Numbered from the stretch's first letter, positions 1-10,583 are shown. The stretch: DNA of 64,000 bases from Spirochaetia bacterium (GCA_963675665.1 OY776510.1:3456001-3520000); one strand, 5' to 3'. The notes: generated from the sequence alone by a model not told the origin. Program-made: numbers and translations.

Positions 1-1
1 C

Positions 2-1027
2 CTCGGCACAGGAATGGTTATAGATCCGGAAGCTCTTTTTAACGAGCTTGCAACAATTGAGAAACAGGGAATTAACTGGGAAAACAGAATATACATTTCC
101 GACAGGGCGCATCTTGTTCTTCCGCGATACCGCGAAGAAGACATAGAACTTGATAAAAATCGATCCAATCCAATCGGTACCACAGGACGCGGCATTGGAG
201 TTACATATGCGCATAAGGCTCATCGCGACGGAATAAGGGTAGGCGACCTTTACAATGAAAAACTGTATGCCGGCCTATCCGGCGACGACCGTGAATATCT
301 GGATCAGTACAAAGACAGAATGAAGGATATGGTTCTGGATCTATGTACTTTCATGGCTGAAAACAAAGGGAAACGAACGCTGTTTGAAGGAGCGCAGGGA
401 GTGCTTCTTGATCTTGATGTCGGAACTTATCCGTATGTCTCATCCGGATATTCCCAGGCTGCCGGGGCAGCGATGGGCGGGGGCATAGGACCAAGAAATA
501 TCGACGGCGTTCTCGGAGTTTTCAAGGCATATTCTACAAGGGTTGGAAATGGTCCGTTTCCTTCCGAGTTTCAGGACAACAGGGACGGCCAGCTTGAGAA
601 TTATATACGGGAAACAGGCCGGGAATACGGTGTTACGACCGGAAGGCCCAGAAGATGCGGCTACCTTGATTTGCCCGCGCTTAAATATGCCTGCAGGGTA
701 AATTCCCTGGATTCTCTTGTTCTTACGCACCTCGATGTCTATGACGAAATAAGCGAACTGAAAGCGTGTATAGCCTATGAATGCGACGGCGAACTTGTTG
801 AAAATTTTCCAGCCGATATTTCAGTTCTTGAAAATTCGGTTCCGGTAACAAAATCTTTTAAAGGCTGGAATAAAAGCCTTAAAGATATAAGAAACTATGA
901 AGACCTTCCGGCAGAAGCCAAAGAATATATAAAATTTATAGAAGATTACACTGAAACCCCGGTTGATATTGTTTCGATCGGATACAGACGCGAAGAAACC
1001 ATCCTTCGAAAAGATTTCTGGAAATAG
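2..1027 (+). CDS. purA: Adenylosuccinate synthetase (5'-truncated by window edge)
   Basis: Motifs IGTTGRGIG, FEGAQG, GTYPYVSS, EYGVTTGRPRRCG; frame open to window start. Confidence 0.97.
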   Translation, partial: LGTGMVIDPEALFNELATIEKQGINWENRIYISDRAHLVLPRYREEDIELDKNRSNPIGTTGRGIGVTYAHKAHRDGIRVGDLYNEKLYAGLSGDDREYLDQYKDRMKDMVLDLCTFMAENKGKRTLFEGAQGVLLDLDVGTYPYVSSGYSQAAGAAMGGGIGPRNIDGVLGVFKAYSTRVGNGPFPSEFQDNRDGQLENYIRETGREYGVTTGRPRRCGYLDLPALKYACRVNSLDSLVLTHLDVYDEISELKACIAYECDGELVENFPADISVLENSVPVTKSFKGWNKSLKDIRNYEDLPAEAKEYIKFIEDYTETPVDIVSIGYRREETILRKDFWK

Positions 1028-1049
1028 ACAGTGCAGACAGGGAGCAGAA

Positions 1050-2597
1050 ATGGATAAAATCCTCGTATTTGATTTCGGAAGCCAGACGACCCAGCTCATA
1101 GCAAGAAGAATTCGTGATTTTGGTGTATATACCGACATCGTTACCGCAGAAACCGAATGTACTGAAGAGCTTCTAAAGGACGTCAAGGGGATTATTCTTT
1201 CAGGTTCGCCGTATTCGGTGTATGAGAAAGGCGCTCCGACGCCTCATCATTCCATATACGAAACAGGACTGCCTGCTTTAGGTATATGTTACGGTTTTCA
1301 GAGAATGACAGCGGATTTCGGCGGTGAGGTCAAGGCCCTTGAAAAAACAGAATACGGGCGTTCAAATATAAATTACACGATGGAGCTGCCGCTTTTTAAA
1401 GGAATTCCTGATGGTTTTACATCTTGGATGAGTCACGGCGACAGTATAAACAGGCTGGGCAACGGATTCTCCCTTGCTGCAGAATCACAGCATCATATTG
1501 CCTGCGCATACAATTCAGAGAAAAATCTGTACGGTATACAGTTTCATCCCGAAGTAACGCATTGTGAGCACGGAAATGACATACTCAAAAATTTTGCAAT
1601 TGAAATTTGCGGGGCTGAAACAGGCTGGGATATGGCTGCCTATCTGAAACAGGAAAGCGAAGCTGTAAGAAAACAGGCCGACGGTCGTGATGTCCTTCTG
1701 CTTATTTCGGGCGGGGTTGATTCCACTGTTGTCGGCGGACTTCTTCTTAAATCGATTGAGCCTTCCAGGGTGCATCTAATGTACATAGACACCGGCCTTA
1801 TGCGCAAAAACGAATCTATAGAAGTTGAGACGGGTTTAAAAAAACTCGGAGCAGAGAATCTCTATTTAATTGATGCCTCGGAACGTTTTCTTGCCGCACT
1901 GAAGGGCATTAGCGAACCGGAAAAAAAGCGGGAAATAATAGGTGACCTTTTTATAAAAGTACAGGAAGACGAGATAAAAAAACGTCTCAAAGGCGATTAC
2001 ATGCTTGCCCAGGGCACGTTGTATACCGATCTTATCGAATCAGGCAAGGGCGTAGGGAAAAAAGCGCAGGTTATAAAATCACACCACAACGTGCGTTCGC
2101 CGCTTGTAGAGGCAAAACGAGATAAAGGATTGATTATTGAACCTTTGGGAAAACTTTACAAAGATGAAGTCCGCGAACTAGGACGCAGAATAGGGATAAG
2201 CGATGAAATTATCAGGCGCCACCCGTTCCCGGGGCCGGGGCTTGCCGTCCGGATTCTCGGAGACATAACCGATGAAAAATGCGAAATACTCCGTGAAGCA
2301 GACTGGATTTTCATCAACGAGCTAAAATCCCGCGGTCTTTACGACAAAATCTGGCAGGCGTTCTGTGTTCTGCTTCCGATACGATCAGTCGGTGTCGCCG
2401 GTGATCTGCGGGAATACGGATATGTTCTTGCCCTAAGGGCAATTACATCAAGTGACGGAATGACAGCCGATGTTTATCCGTTTGAGACCAGGGACATACT
2501 CGAGATATCATCGCTGATAACGAATTCTGTCCGCGGAATCGGAAGGGTTGTATATGACGTTTCTTCAAAACCGCCGGCAACCATCGAATGGGAGTAA
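1050..2597 (+). CDS. guaA: GMP synthase (glutamine-hydrolysing)
   Basis: DFGSQ, GICYG, QFHPEV, SGGVDS, KSHHNV, KPPATIEWE; start at MDKIL after GGAG. Confidence 0.97.
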   Translation: MDKILVFDFGSQTTQLIARRIRDFGVYTDIVTAETECTEELLKDVKGIILSGSPYSVYEKGAPTPHHSIYETGLPALGICYGFQRMTADFGGEVKALEKTEYGRSNINYTMELPLFKGIPDGFTSWMSHGDSINRLGNGFSLAAESQHHIACAYNSEKNLYGIQFHPEVTHCEHGNDILKNFAIEICGAETGWDMAAYLKQESEAVRKQADGRDVLLLISGGVDSTVVGGLLLKSIEPSRVHLMYIDTGLMRKNESIEVETGLKKLGAENLYLIDASERFLAALKGISEPEKKREIIGDLFIKVQEDEIKKRLKGDYMLAQGTLYTDLIESGKGVGKKAQVIKSHHNVRSPLVEAKRDKGLIIEPLGKLYKDEVRELGRRIGISDEIIRRHPFPGPGLAVRILGDITDEKCEILREADWIFINELKSRGLYDKIWQAFCVLLPIRSVGVAGDLREYGYVLALRAITSSDGMTADVYPFETRDILEISSLITNSVRGIGRVVYDVSSKPPATIEWE

Positions 2598-2601
2598 ATA
2601 T

Positions 2602-3261
2602 TCAGCTTAATAAAAGATCTGCAAGTTCGTGAACACCGGTGAAATAGTAATCACAGTGTTCACGCATATGGGCTTCTATCTCGGGAATGCTGTGTCCCCA
2701 GCCTGCGCCAGCAATACTGATCCCTGATTTTTTTGCCATTTCAAGGCCGGGTTTAAGATCATCAACCAGTAGAATCTCTTCTGTTGCCAGATTATATTTG
2801 CTTTTAATTTGTTCAACCGGCCATACAGAAGGTTTTCTTTTTTCAGGATCATAATCCCATCCGAAGATAATATCCGGGTGTACCCCGGATCCGTTAACTT
2901 TATAATGACGGCTTATAACATCGGCCTCGGAGTGGGATACAACAGCAACAATGCCGTTTTTTCTTTGAAATTCCGATATCAGTTCAGTGATGCCTGAAAA
3001 AAAATTGGGATTGGAGGTTTCATTAAATTCACGCCAGATTTTATATTCCTGCTGAATTTCATCCTCAGTGAATTTAAGTTCTCCTGTGAAAAATTCCATA
3101 ACGCCCGGATCGAAGTTTTTTCTGAACCAGGTGTCAAGGCTGACTGGTTCGCTGTCGGGGCGCATTTGTCTGATTGTTTCAACATGTGCCGGATAGTGAA
3201 TTTCTGCAGTGCTGTTTACGCTTGTATCGTCGTGATCCAGAATAAGACATTTAAACTTCAT
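2602..3261 (-). CDS. HAD-family hydrolase/phosphatase
   Basis: Motif I LDHDDT, KP motif III, VDD motif IV. Confidence 0.85.
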   Translation of the reverse strand: MKFKCLILDHDDTSVNSTAEIHYPAHVETIRQMRPDSEPVSLDTWFRKNFDPGVMEFFTGELKFTEDEIQQEYKIWREFNETSNPNFFSGITELISEFQRKNGIVAVVSHSEADVISRHYKVNGSGVHPDIIFGWDYDPEKRKPSVWPVEQIKSKYNLATEEILLVDDLKPGLEMAKKSGISIAGAGWGHSIPEIEAHMREHCDYYFTGVHELADLLLS

Positions 3262-3312
3262 AGCGTCTGTTTTAACATACTATTTGAAGTAAAATCAATA
3301 AGTTGTTATATT

Positions 3313-3888
3313 ATGGCAATGATTATCAGGTCGTTATGTGTTTTCTGCGGGTCAAGCTTTGGTACAGAGACGGTTTACGGGGAGAAAACAAGGGAATTCG
3401 GAAAATATCTGGCTGAAAGAAAGATAACCTTGATATACGGAGGCGGTGCTGCAGGCCTGATGGGCGTTCTTGCTGAGGCTGTACTTGATAACGGGGGCAG
3501 CGTGATTGGGATTATACCCGAAATGATTTATAAAAAGGTAGAACATCTGCCCCTAACTGAAACAATTATTACCGAAGACATGCATTCGAGAAAGAGAATG
3601 ATGTATGACAAATCAGACGCCTTTACAGCGCTTCCCGGCGGCATCGGAACCATTGAGGAAATAAGCGAGATTTATACATGGCAGCAGCTGGGTTATCACC
3701 GAAAAGCCGTGTCCTTGTATAATATAAACAATTTTTATTACAAATTTGCTGAATTCCTCGACAGCGCATGTGATATGGGCTTTATAAAAGAAATTCACCG
3801 AAACCGGCTTATTATTGAGCAGGATGCAGAAAAGCTGATTGAGAAAATCGAGAATTACAGTGAAGAAACAGTTGATAAATGGAGTTGA
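3313..3888 (+). CDS. LOG-family nucleotide phosphoribohydrolase (start may be ATG 3319)
   Basis: CVFCGS, YGGG..GLMG, PGGIGTIEE. Confidence 0.9.
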   Translation: MAMIIRSLCVFCGSSFGTETVYGEKTREFGKYLAERKITLIYGGGAAGLMGVLAEAVLDNGGSVIGIIPEMIYKKVEHLPLTETIITEDMHSRKRMMYDKSDAFTALPGGIGTIEEISEIYTWQQLGYHRKAVSLYNINNFYYKFAEFLDSACDMGFIKEIHRNRLIIEQDAEKLIEKIENYSEETVDKWS

Positions 3889-3898
3889 GTAAAATCAT

Positions 3899-4780
3899 AT
3901 GGATAACATGACTATTTTCCTGCTGGAAAAAGGACGGTACAGAGGGGCAATACTGGATGCAACCGTTATGGTGCAGAAAATGAGAGATTCACACAATACA
4001 GGCATACTGGAAACTTTTGCTCTCGGCGAGACCTATATTGCAGCAGGTCTTCTTACTACCATGCTGAAAGGAAATGACCGACTAGGAATTGTTTTTGAAT
4101 GCGGAGGCCCGATAAAGGGGATAAATGTAGAGGTTACAGCTGCAGGTCATGTTCGGGGGTTTCTTAAAAACAATCCGTTTCCGCTTGAAAAAATTCCGGA
4201 CAGTATGGATTTGTCAATGTTGTTCGGACCCGGATTTTTGTCAGTTATAAAATACCCGGAAGACAGCAAACAGCCTTTTAGCGGGCAGGTAATGATTCAA
4301 TACGGCAGCATAGCAAAAGATCTTGCTTATTATTATACAACTTCTGAAAACCTGCCGACTGCTTTTAATCTTAGTGTCAAATTTAACCGGGACGGCAGCC
4401 TGCTGGGCGCCGGAGGAGTTTTTATACAGAAAATGCCGGATGAAGAGTCTGCTGAGGATAATTCTGAAGCGGAAAGAATCCAGGATGCGCTGGTCGGAAT
4501 GACTTCAATAGGTTTAAGTCTTTCTGATGGTAAAACACTTCAGGAAATCATCAGCAATTCCTTCGGTGATTTTTTTCCGAATGTAATCGGCACGCGGAAT
4601 ATTGAATTTAAATGCAGCTGTAATCGTGAATTGTTCAGTAATTATCTTAACGGTCTTAAGGAAGAAGATAAAAAAGAAATATTTGAAAACGGACCGTACC
4701 CGGTTACTACAGTTTGCCATAACTGTAATACCTCTTATGAATTCAACAAGCATGAACTGAAGAAAATTTTTAATTACTGA
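3899..4780 (+). CDS. hslO: Hsp33 redox-regulated chaperone
   Basis: GPIKG, AGGVFIQKMP, C-terminal CSC...CHNC zinc centre. Confidence 0.9.
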   Translation: MDNMTIFLLEKGRYRGAILDATVMVQKMRDSHNTGILETFALGETYIAAGLLTTMLKGNDRLGIVFECGGPIKGINVEVTAAGHVRGFLKNNPFPLEKIPDSMDLSMLFGPGFLSVIKYPEDSKQPFSGQVMIQYGSIAKDLAYYYTTSENLPTAFNLSVKFNRDGSLLGAGGVFIQKMPDEESAEDNSEAERIQDALVGMTSIGLSLSDGKTLQEIISNSFGDFFPNVIGTRNIEFKCSCNRELFSNYLNGLKEEDKKEIFENGPYPVTTVCHNCNTSYEFNKHELKKIFNY

Positions 4781-4785
4781 AAAAA

Positions 4786-4817
4786 GGGAGTAAACCTTTA
4801 ACTTGTGGGTTACTCCC
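4786..4817. terminator. Probable bidirectional terminator hairpin
   Basis: gggagtaa...ttactccc inverted repeat between convergent genes. Confidence 0.55.
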
Positions 4818-4826
4818 CGTAATTAT

Positions 4827-5162
4827 TTACTTTTCGGTTTCGTTTTCGGAAGCATTGATCTGTTTTTTTAGTGAATTCAGTCTATTTTCAAGGTAATCTG
4901 CCTCTTCCCGAAGCATTTGATTATATTCTTCGTCTGTAACAGCGCCGGCATTTACACCGTAACCGGGATGAAAACCCTGTCTGAAGCCGCCTCTTAAAAA
5001 TCCTCTTCCTGCAAAACCTGCACCTGCCCCGAATCCGCCGCCCCTGCGTCCGAATCCGCTCCTGTTATACGAGCCCGGCATATTATTACCATTACAATAG
5101 CCGGCGCCCCTGCCTGTTCTTGGTCCCATTCCGTTCGGTCCCGTTCCGTTTCCCATTGGCAT
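4827..5162 (-). CDS. DUF5320-like Gly/Arg-rich protein with C-terminal coiled coil
   Basis: MPxGNGTGPxGMGPRTGRGAGYC N-terminus, RG-rich middle, LREEADYLENRL coil. Confidence 0.85.
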   Translation of the reverse strand: MPMGNGTGPNGMGPRTGRGAGYCNGNNMPGSYNRSGFGRRGGGFGAGAGFAGRGFLRGGFRQGFHPGYGVNAGAVTDEEYNQMLREEADYLENRLNSLKKQINASENETEK

Positions 5163-5227
5163 ATGATACCTCCATGTGTATCTGTGAGGCTGATAATCGA
5201 TTTTTGGATACAGCCTCTGTTCCGTTA

Positions 5228-5566
5228 TTAAAAAGCTGTCAGCTTTCCTTCCCTATACGAGTCATAAGCTTCTTTCAAGCTCATATTCTGTGCACCTGTA
5301 AAAATTTTTAAATTTGCTTTCTGCAAAACAGCAGCGGCATTTCCGCCTGGCCCGTTTCCGGTAATTAGAACATCAGGTTCAAGATCAAAAAGTTTTTTGG
5401 CTGTCTGAGGTCCGGCGCCGTGGGCCGCATTCTGGATGTCAAGATTGTTAACCGTTTTTATTTCTTCGCTGTCTTCATCATACATGAAAAGAAAATCGGC
5501 TCTTCCGAACCTCGGGTCTATTTCGGCATCCCAGTTTTCGCCTTTTGCAGTTAATACAATTTTCAT
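5228..5566 (-). CDS. NifB/NifX-family Fe-Mo cluster-binding domain protein
   Basis: DPRFGRA, HGAG, ITGNGPG motifs. Confidence 0.88.
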   Translation of the reverse strand: MKIVLTAKGENWDAEIDPRFGRADFLFMYDEDSEEIKTVNNLDIQNAAHGAGPQTAKKLFDLEPDVLITGNGPGGNAAAVLQKANLKIFTGAQNMSLKEAYDSYREGKLTAF

Positions 5567-6453
5567 TATTTCTCCTTCGCTGATACATCTTTGACAGTTT
5601 TATCCCATGCATCATATATCAGCTTTTTAATTTCGCTGTTGTTATATTCAGCTGCCGTTTTGCCGGCAGTTATAGCTTTTGTAAAATCTTCATTGTACGG
5701 TATAAGTTCAATGATGCTGACTTTCTCTTTTGCGGCGTATTTTTTCAGTTCATCAGTAAGCTGCAAATTAAGATCAAATTTATTGATTATAAGACCCGCG
5801 CGTATTTTAAACTTTTTTATGAGTTCATGAACCCTTTTAAGATCATGTACCCCTGATTTGGTCGGTTCTGTAACCAGAAGAACGTAATCAGCTCCGGTAA
5901 GTGAGGATACTACTGGACAGCCGATACCGGGAGAACCGTCGATTATAATCATTTCAATTCCAAGTTTATCAGCCGCAGCTCTGGCATTCTTTTTTACTTT
6001 TGCAACAAGTTTGCCGGAATTGTCCGCACCGGGTCTTAATCTGGCGTGAATCATTACGGCCCCGGTTTTTATAGTCGACTCGAAAATATCGCCTACCAGG
6101 GCATCTTTCATAGATATTGCCTGCTCAGGGCATATCCGGGCGCAATATCCGCAGCCTTCGCAGTTCATTCGGTCTATCGAGAACACCTCGTTATCATTGT
6201 TAACCGCACTGAATCTGCAAATATCACCGCATTTCCCGCAGGAAATACATTTTCCGTTATCTATTTCTGCAACTAAACCGCTGTAAAAATTTTCCGATTT
6301 ATTATAGTCTGGTTCAAGCATAAGATGCATGTCGTCGGCGTCGACATCACAATCGCCTACAACAAGATTTTTACTACCTATAACCGCAAACGACGAGGTA
6401 ATTGAAGTTTTACCGGTTCCGCCTTTTCCTGAAATTACAACAACTTCCTTCAT
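5566..6453 (-). CDS. MinD/CobQ-like P-loop ATPase with inserted 2x[4Fe-4S] domain
   Basis: SGKGGTGKT, CxxCxxCxxxC twice, DGSPGIGCP, VTEPT. Confidence 0.9.
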   Translation of the reverse strand: MKEVVVISGKGGTGKTSITSSFAVIGSKNLVVGDCDVDADDMHLMLEPDYNKSENFYSGLVAEIDNGKCISCGKCGDICRFSAVNNDNEVFSIDRMNCEGCGYCARICPEQAISMKDALVGDIFESTIKTGAVMIHARLRPGADNSGKLVAKVKKNARAAADKLGIEMIIIDGSPGIGCPVVSSLTGADYVLLVTEPTKSGVHDLKRVHELIKKFKIRAGLIINKFDLNLQLTDELKKYAAKEKVSIIELIPYNEDFTKAITAGKTAAEYNNSEIKKLIYDAWDKTVKDVSAKEK

Positions 6454-7334
6454 GAATTACGGTTCTCCTGATAGTTTTTGAGATAGTCCAGTATTTTTTT
6501 CAATTCAAAACTGAACGCCGGAATAAATTCATGTATAATTTTGCCCTGTGAATAGATTTCCGCAACCTCGCGCATATTAGGTAATTTTGAAATAATGTCT
6601 ATTCCGTTTTCAAAACAGTATTTTTCTACTTCGTTGTTGCCAATCCCGTACCTGTTTATAACAACTGCAAAATTCCTTCCAATTTCCCTGACGGTATTAA
6701 CGGCTAATTTAAGATCATGCAATCCGAATGGTGTTGGCTCGGTTACAAGGATTATAAAATCGCTGTTTTTGGCAACTTCAATAACCGGGCATGATGTACC
6801 CGGGGGAGAATCCATAATTAACAGCAGGTTTTCATCATTGACAGCGTATTCTTTTTCGATAAAATCAATGCTTTGTGAAATAAGAGGAACGGCCTGTTCC
6901 TGTCCTATATCAAGTCTGCTTTCAATAAATGTAAATTTTTCAGCATCCTGAACTTTTAATTCACCCATTCGTATTTTTTTCATGGGAAGGGCGCCTTCAG
7001 GGCATAATTCGGAACATGCATAACAGCTGTGACATAATTCAGGCAAAATCATTATACTTTTGCCTATTTTTAATACGCTTCCAAAATTGCAGACTTCATC
7101 ACAAAGACCGCAAGAAGAGCATCTGTCTTTTTCCCATTCAGGAACAGATTTAAATTTTTCTTCAAATTTTACAGTTTTGCCTTTTATAAACAATCCTGAA
7201 TTTGGTTCTTCCACATCAAGGTCAGCAAGAACTATTTTTGAATACTTGTTTGTCGTAGATATATAATCGGCGAGGTTAACTGATAATGTTGTTTTACCGG
7301 TTCCGCCTTTTCCGCTTGCAACAGCAACCTTCAT
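6450..7334 (-). CDS. MinD/CobQ-like P-loop ATPase with inserted 2x[4Fe-4S] domain (paralog)
   Basis: MKVAVASGKGGTGKT, DLDVEEPN, two Cys4 motifs, PPGTSCP, VTEPTPFGLHDL. Confidence 0.9.
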   Translation of the reverse strand: MKVAVASGKGGTGKTTLSVNLADYISTTNKYSKIVLADLDVEEPNSGLFIKGKTVKFEEKFKSVPEWEKDRCSSCGLCDEVCNFGSVLKIGKSIMILPELCHSCYACSELCPEGALPMKKIRMGELKVQDAEKFTFIESRLDIGQEQAVPLISQSIDFIEKEYAVNDENLLLIMDSPPGTSCPVIEVAKNSDFIILVTEPTPFGLHDLKLAVNTVREIGRNFAVVINRYGIGNNEVEKYCFENGIDIISKLPNMREVAEIYSQGKIIHEFIPAFSFELKKILDYLKNYQENRNS

Positions 7335-7786
7335 TACCTTCGGCCTCCGTGATACCGGTTGCAGCATCTGCCGTGACCATAACCGCCGGCAACGTCTATA
7401 AGATTTTTGGATCCGCATGCCGGACATTCTGTGTAAATCTTGTTGAAATCAGTTCTGAACATATGCTCGCAACTATTGCATTTGATAATATTTCCACGAA
7501 AATGGATATTTCCGCCGTCGATTTTCAGTTCGGCTCCGTCAATTATAAACTCAGCTACTTTACGCCTTGCTTTTTCAATCAGGCGTGTGAAAGTTGATCT
7601 GGAAATTTCCATCATCCGGGCCGCTTCGGCATGATCCAGGCCTGAATAGTCGGCAAGCCGAACAGCTTCAAACTCGTCAAGACTTAAAGTAATTGTCTTA
7701 AGATTGGTTCTTGCCAAACCGGTCGGTTTGAATGAATTAAAAAGAGGAGGTGAATTAACAATTCTTTCCTTTTCAGGTCTGGGCAT
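7334..7786 (-). CDS. DUF134 HTH DNA-binding protein with C-terminal zinc ribbon
   Basis: MPRP, LDEFEAVRLAD, MEISRSTF, CxxC...CPACGS. Confidence 0.88.
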   Translation of the reverse strand: MPRPEKERIVNSPPLFNSFKPTGLARTNLKTITLSLDEFEAVRLADYSGLDHAEAARMMEISRSTFTRLIEKARRKVAEFIIDGAELKIDGGNIHFRGNIIKCNSCEHMFRTDFNKIYTECPACGSKNLIDVAGGYGHGRCCNRYHGGRR

Positions 7787-7833
7787 ATGTACTCCTTATA
7801 TTTCAAAGTAATGCACATATGCCCATAAGTCAA
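7780..7833 (-). promoter_or_regulatory. Sigma70-like promoter of the DUF134 operon with CATATG-centred operator repeats
   Basis: Minus strand TTGACT(7833-7828)-17 bp-TACTTT(7810-7805); 11-bp inverted repeat tgggcatatgt (7780-7790) / acatatgccca (7815-7825). Confidence 0.55.
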
Positions 7834-7906
7834 GAGGTTCCGGGAATTTTTTTAATTATTACATTATGGTCGCTCTTTCAAAACTCTCAGAGTTTAGAAA
7901 GAGCCT

Positions 7907-9106
7907 CTATAATCTGCTTTTCAGGATATCAATAATATCTTCTTTGCTGAATATGACCGGGCTGTTCTTGTTTGAAGATGCTGCTGCAATTTTTTCCAGG
8001 CTGGCTTCTGTGACGCCAAATGCGGAAAGTTTTTTGATTTCCATTGATTCAGTCATTACGTCAAGCACCTGAATGAAACGGGCCCTTGCCTCCCGGGGAA
8101 GAAGGTCGTCACTTTTTGCAGCAATATAGCCAAGTTTTGCTGTTTTAAGCATAGCAGGGGCATCAGGATCATTTTTTTCAAGCCTTTCGATGGTATGTTT
8201 AATGCCTGTCGCCAGCAAAGTTCCGCATACAGTTCCGTGAGGGATATCAAAAAAACCGCCTACGGCACCTGCCATCCCGTGAACAATACAGTACCCGCAG
8301 TTTGCGAGGGCCAGGCCGGAAATATATGCACCGTAGGCCATTTTAAACCAGGCTGCTTCACAGTCCGAATCACAGTATTCTTCATTTTTCTTGTCCGAAG
8401 TTACGACGGGAAGAGCCTCAAGCATTCCTTCAATTGCACCCTGGACGAGAATATCGGTATAGAATGTCGCTTTTGTTGAAAGATATGATTCAACAAGCTG
8501 GGCAAGGGCGTCCATACCACTGCTCGAAGCTATGTCTACGGGACATCCGTAATAAAGCTCCGGATCAATGATGGCAGTATCGGGAATATAATTTAAATGT
8601 CTTAAAGATTTTTTAAAACCGTCAGAACCTACGCGGCTTAAAACAGAATTATAAGTTGCTTCTGCTCCGGTTCCGGCAGTAGTTGGTACTGCAATAAACG
8701 GTATTTTGCGTCCTGAGGGTGTTTTGTCGCCTATGCCTTCAAGAAAATCACATACGCTGCCTTCTTCGCAGAGCATGGCGCTTACGGCTTTTGCTGTATC
8801 TATAACAGACCCGCCGCCTACGGCAGCGATTGAATTAATCTCGTTTCCGCGGAGTTCTTCGGTTATTTTGTCAACCAGATCAGGCGAAGGTTCTGATTTT
8901 ACATTGAAAATACTGTAATTTAAGCCTTTGTCGTCAAAAGACTGCCTGATTTTATCAAGGATGCCGCTTTTTTTCAGAGAAGATCCTCCTGTGAAAAGTA
9001 CTGTATTCCTGCCGCAGGCTAAAACTTCATCACTGAGCTGCATTACAGAACCGGGTTGAAATATCCTCTTTCTGTTTGTTATTAAACTAAAAGATGAAAT
9101 AGTCAT
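7907..9106 (-). CDS. Iron-containing alcohol dehydrogenase
   Basis: GGGSVIDTAK, PTTAGTGAE, DALAQLVE, HGMAG, PHG. Confidence 0.92.
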   Translation of the reverse strand: MTISSFSLITNRKRIFQPGSVMQLSDEVLACGRNTVLFTGGSSLKKSGILDKIRQSFDDKGLNYSIFNVKSEPSPDLVDKITEELRGNEINSIAAVGGGSVIDTAKAVSAMLCEEGSVCDFLEGIGDKTPSGRKIPFIAVPTTAGTGAEATYNSVLSRVGSDGFKKSLRHLNYIPDTAIIDPELYYGCPVDIASSSGMDALAQLVESYLSTKATFYTDILVQGAIEGMLEALPVVTSDKKNEEYCDSDCEAAWFKMAYGAYISGLALANCGYCIVHGMAGAVGGFFDIPHGTVCGTLLATGIKHTIERLEKNDPDAPAMLKTAKLGYIAAKSDDLLPREARARFIQVLDVMTESMEIKKLSAFGVTEASLEKIAAASSNKNSPVIFSKEDIIDILKSRL

Positions 9107-9213
9107 AAAGACAGCCTCCTTTACAGCGCATTATAATCCGGCATAAAAAATTGATAAAGCAAAAAAAGTAATTTTCTACTTGAACAGTTATCTCTTTTTA
9201 ATTACTGTAAATT

Positions 9214-9510
9214 ATGCAGGAAACCATAAAAAAAATTATGGAAGCAGAAAAAAGAGCCGCTGAAATCGTAACCGAGGCAAAAGAAAAAGCAGTAAATCTT
9301 ATTGCGGGCGTTGATTCCGAGTTATCCGATAAACTTAATAAATTCAGGGAAGAAGAGCTTAAACGTTTTAACAGTGAGATTGAAAAAGCCTCGGTTGAAA
9401 ATAGTGCTGCTTTGGAAAAGATTAAAAAGACTGAAGTGTCGGTGACGATTGATCTTGATGCTGTTTCAAACGAAGTTCTTGCAAGAATTTTAAATACGGT
9501 TTTTGATTAA
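9214..9510 (+). CDS. V/A-type ATPase subunit G/H (peripheral stalk)
   Basis: IKKIMEAEKRAAEIV coiled coil, first gene of ATPase operon. Confidence 0.75.
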   Translation: MQETIKKIMEAEKRAAEIVTEAKEKAVNLIAGVDSELSDKLNKFREEELKRFNSEIEKASVENSAALEKIKKTEVSVTIDLDAVSNEVLARILNTVFD

Positions 9511-9512
9511 CT

Positions 9513-10583
9513 ATGAAAAAGACGGCTGTTTCAGAATACGGTTATATAAATGCAAAGCTTAGAGCAAGGTTAAGCCGTATTTTAACTGATGAATTTAAAA
9601 GAGCCATGATCGATGCCGACGGCATAGAGGACGCAATTCAGGTCCTCGCTAACCACGACTATACATCTGCTGCGGAAACATGGAATAAAACAGGTGATAT
9701 TCAGAATGTAGAATTTGAACTTTTTAAAAACCATATTGGAAATTATCGTATGGTTATCAAGAATACCGACGGAGAACTGAAGGAATTCACCAATATTCTT
9801 ACGATAAAACCTGAAATAGAAAATATAAAAACAGCTTTGCGTCTATGGTATGGAAGCAGGATAAAAAACAGGCCGATAGGTTACAGGGCTGCATACCTGT
9901 ATAAAGAAAGAATATATGAAAATATTGAATGGGATGCACTGATAAATGCAGTCAGCTATGATGATGTGTCCGCTGTTTTCCAGAATACAATATACAGGGA
10001 TATTTTTAAAAAACATACGGTTCTCGATGCTCACGACAGTATTTTCAACATTGAGATTGCACTTGATAAACTTTATTACCGGTTTTTAAATGAAAACAGT
10101 AAAAAATTGTCATCGGATGATCGTCGTGTTATTCATGAGATAATATCTACAGAAATTGATCTGCAGAATATAAGCTGGCTAATCCGGTATCATCATTTTT
10201 ATAAAATGGAGTTTTCCGAACTAAAAAACATTATCATTCCCGGCGGTCACGGTCTTGAACTTGACGCCCTGGTAAACCCGGGCGAAGATGTATCGTCTTC
10301 GATATCTCCGTTTGATTTACTGAAAAAGGATTATCCGGAATTATCAACTATAAATATTTCCGACAAGCATAATTTTTCCGGACAGGCCGTTATGTTCGAA
10401 CAGCTTCTTGATGAGACACAAAAACGAAAATTTACCTCGATACTTGCCGGTTACCCGTTTACCATAGGAATAATACTTGTTTATTTTTTCATGTCCGGGC
10501 GTGAATTAAATTTTATTGCTTCTGTTCTGAATGGAAAGAATTACAGATTCTCATCACAAAGAATTGAGGAGTTGACAAAATGA
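9513..10583 (+). CDS. ntpC: V/A-type ATPase subunit C
   Basis: YGYINAKLRA, EIENIK, IDLQNI; operon position. Confidence 0.85.
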   Translation: MKKTAVSEYGYINAKLRARLSRILTDEFKRAMIDADGIEDAIQVLANHDYTSAAETWNKTGDIQNVEFELFKNHIGNYRMVIKNTDGELKEFTNILTIKPEIENIKTALRLWYGSRIKNRPIGYRAAYLYKERIYENIEWDALINAVSYDDVSAVFQNTIYRDIFKKHTVLDAHDSIFNIEIALDKLYYRFLNENSKKLSSDDRRVIHEIISTEIDLQNISWLIRYHHFYKMEFSELKNIIIPGGHGLELDALVNPGEDVSSSISPFDLLKKDYPELSTINISDKHNFSGQAVMFEQLLDETQKRKFTSILAGYPFTIGIILVYFFMSGRELNFIASVLNGKNYRFSSQRIEELTK

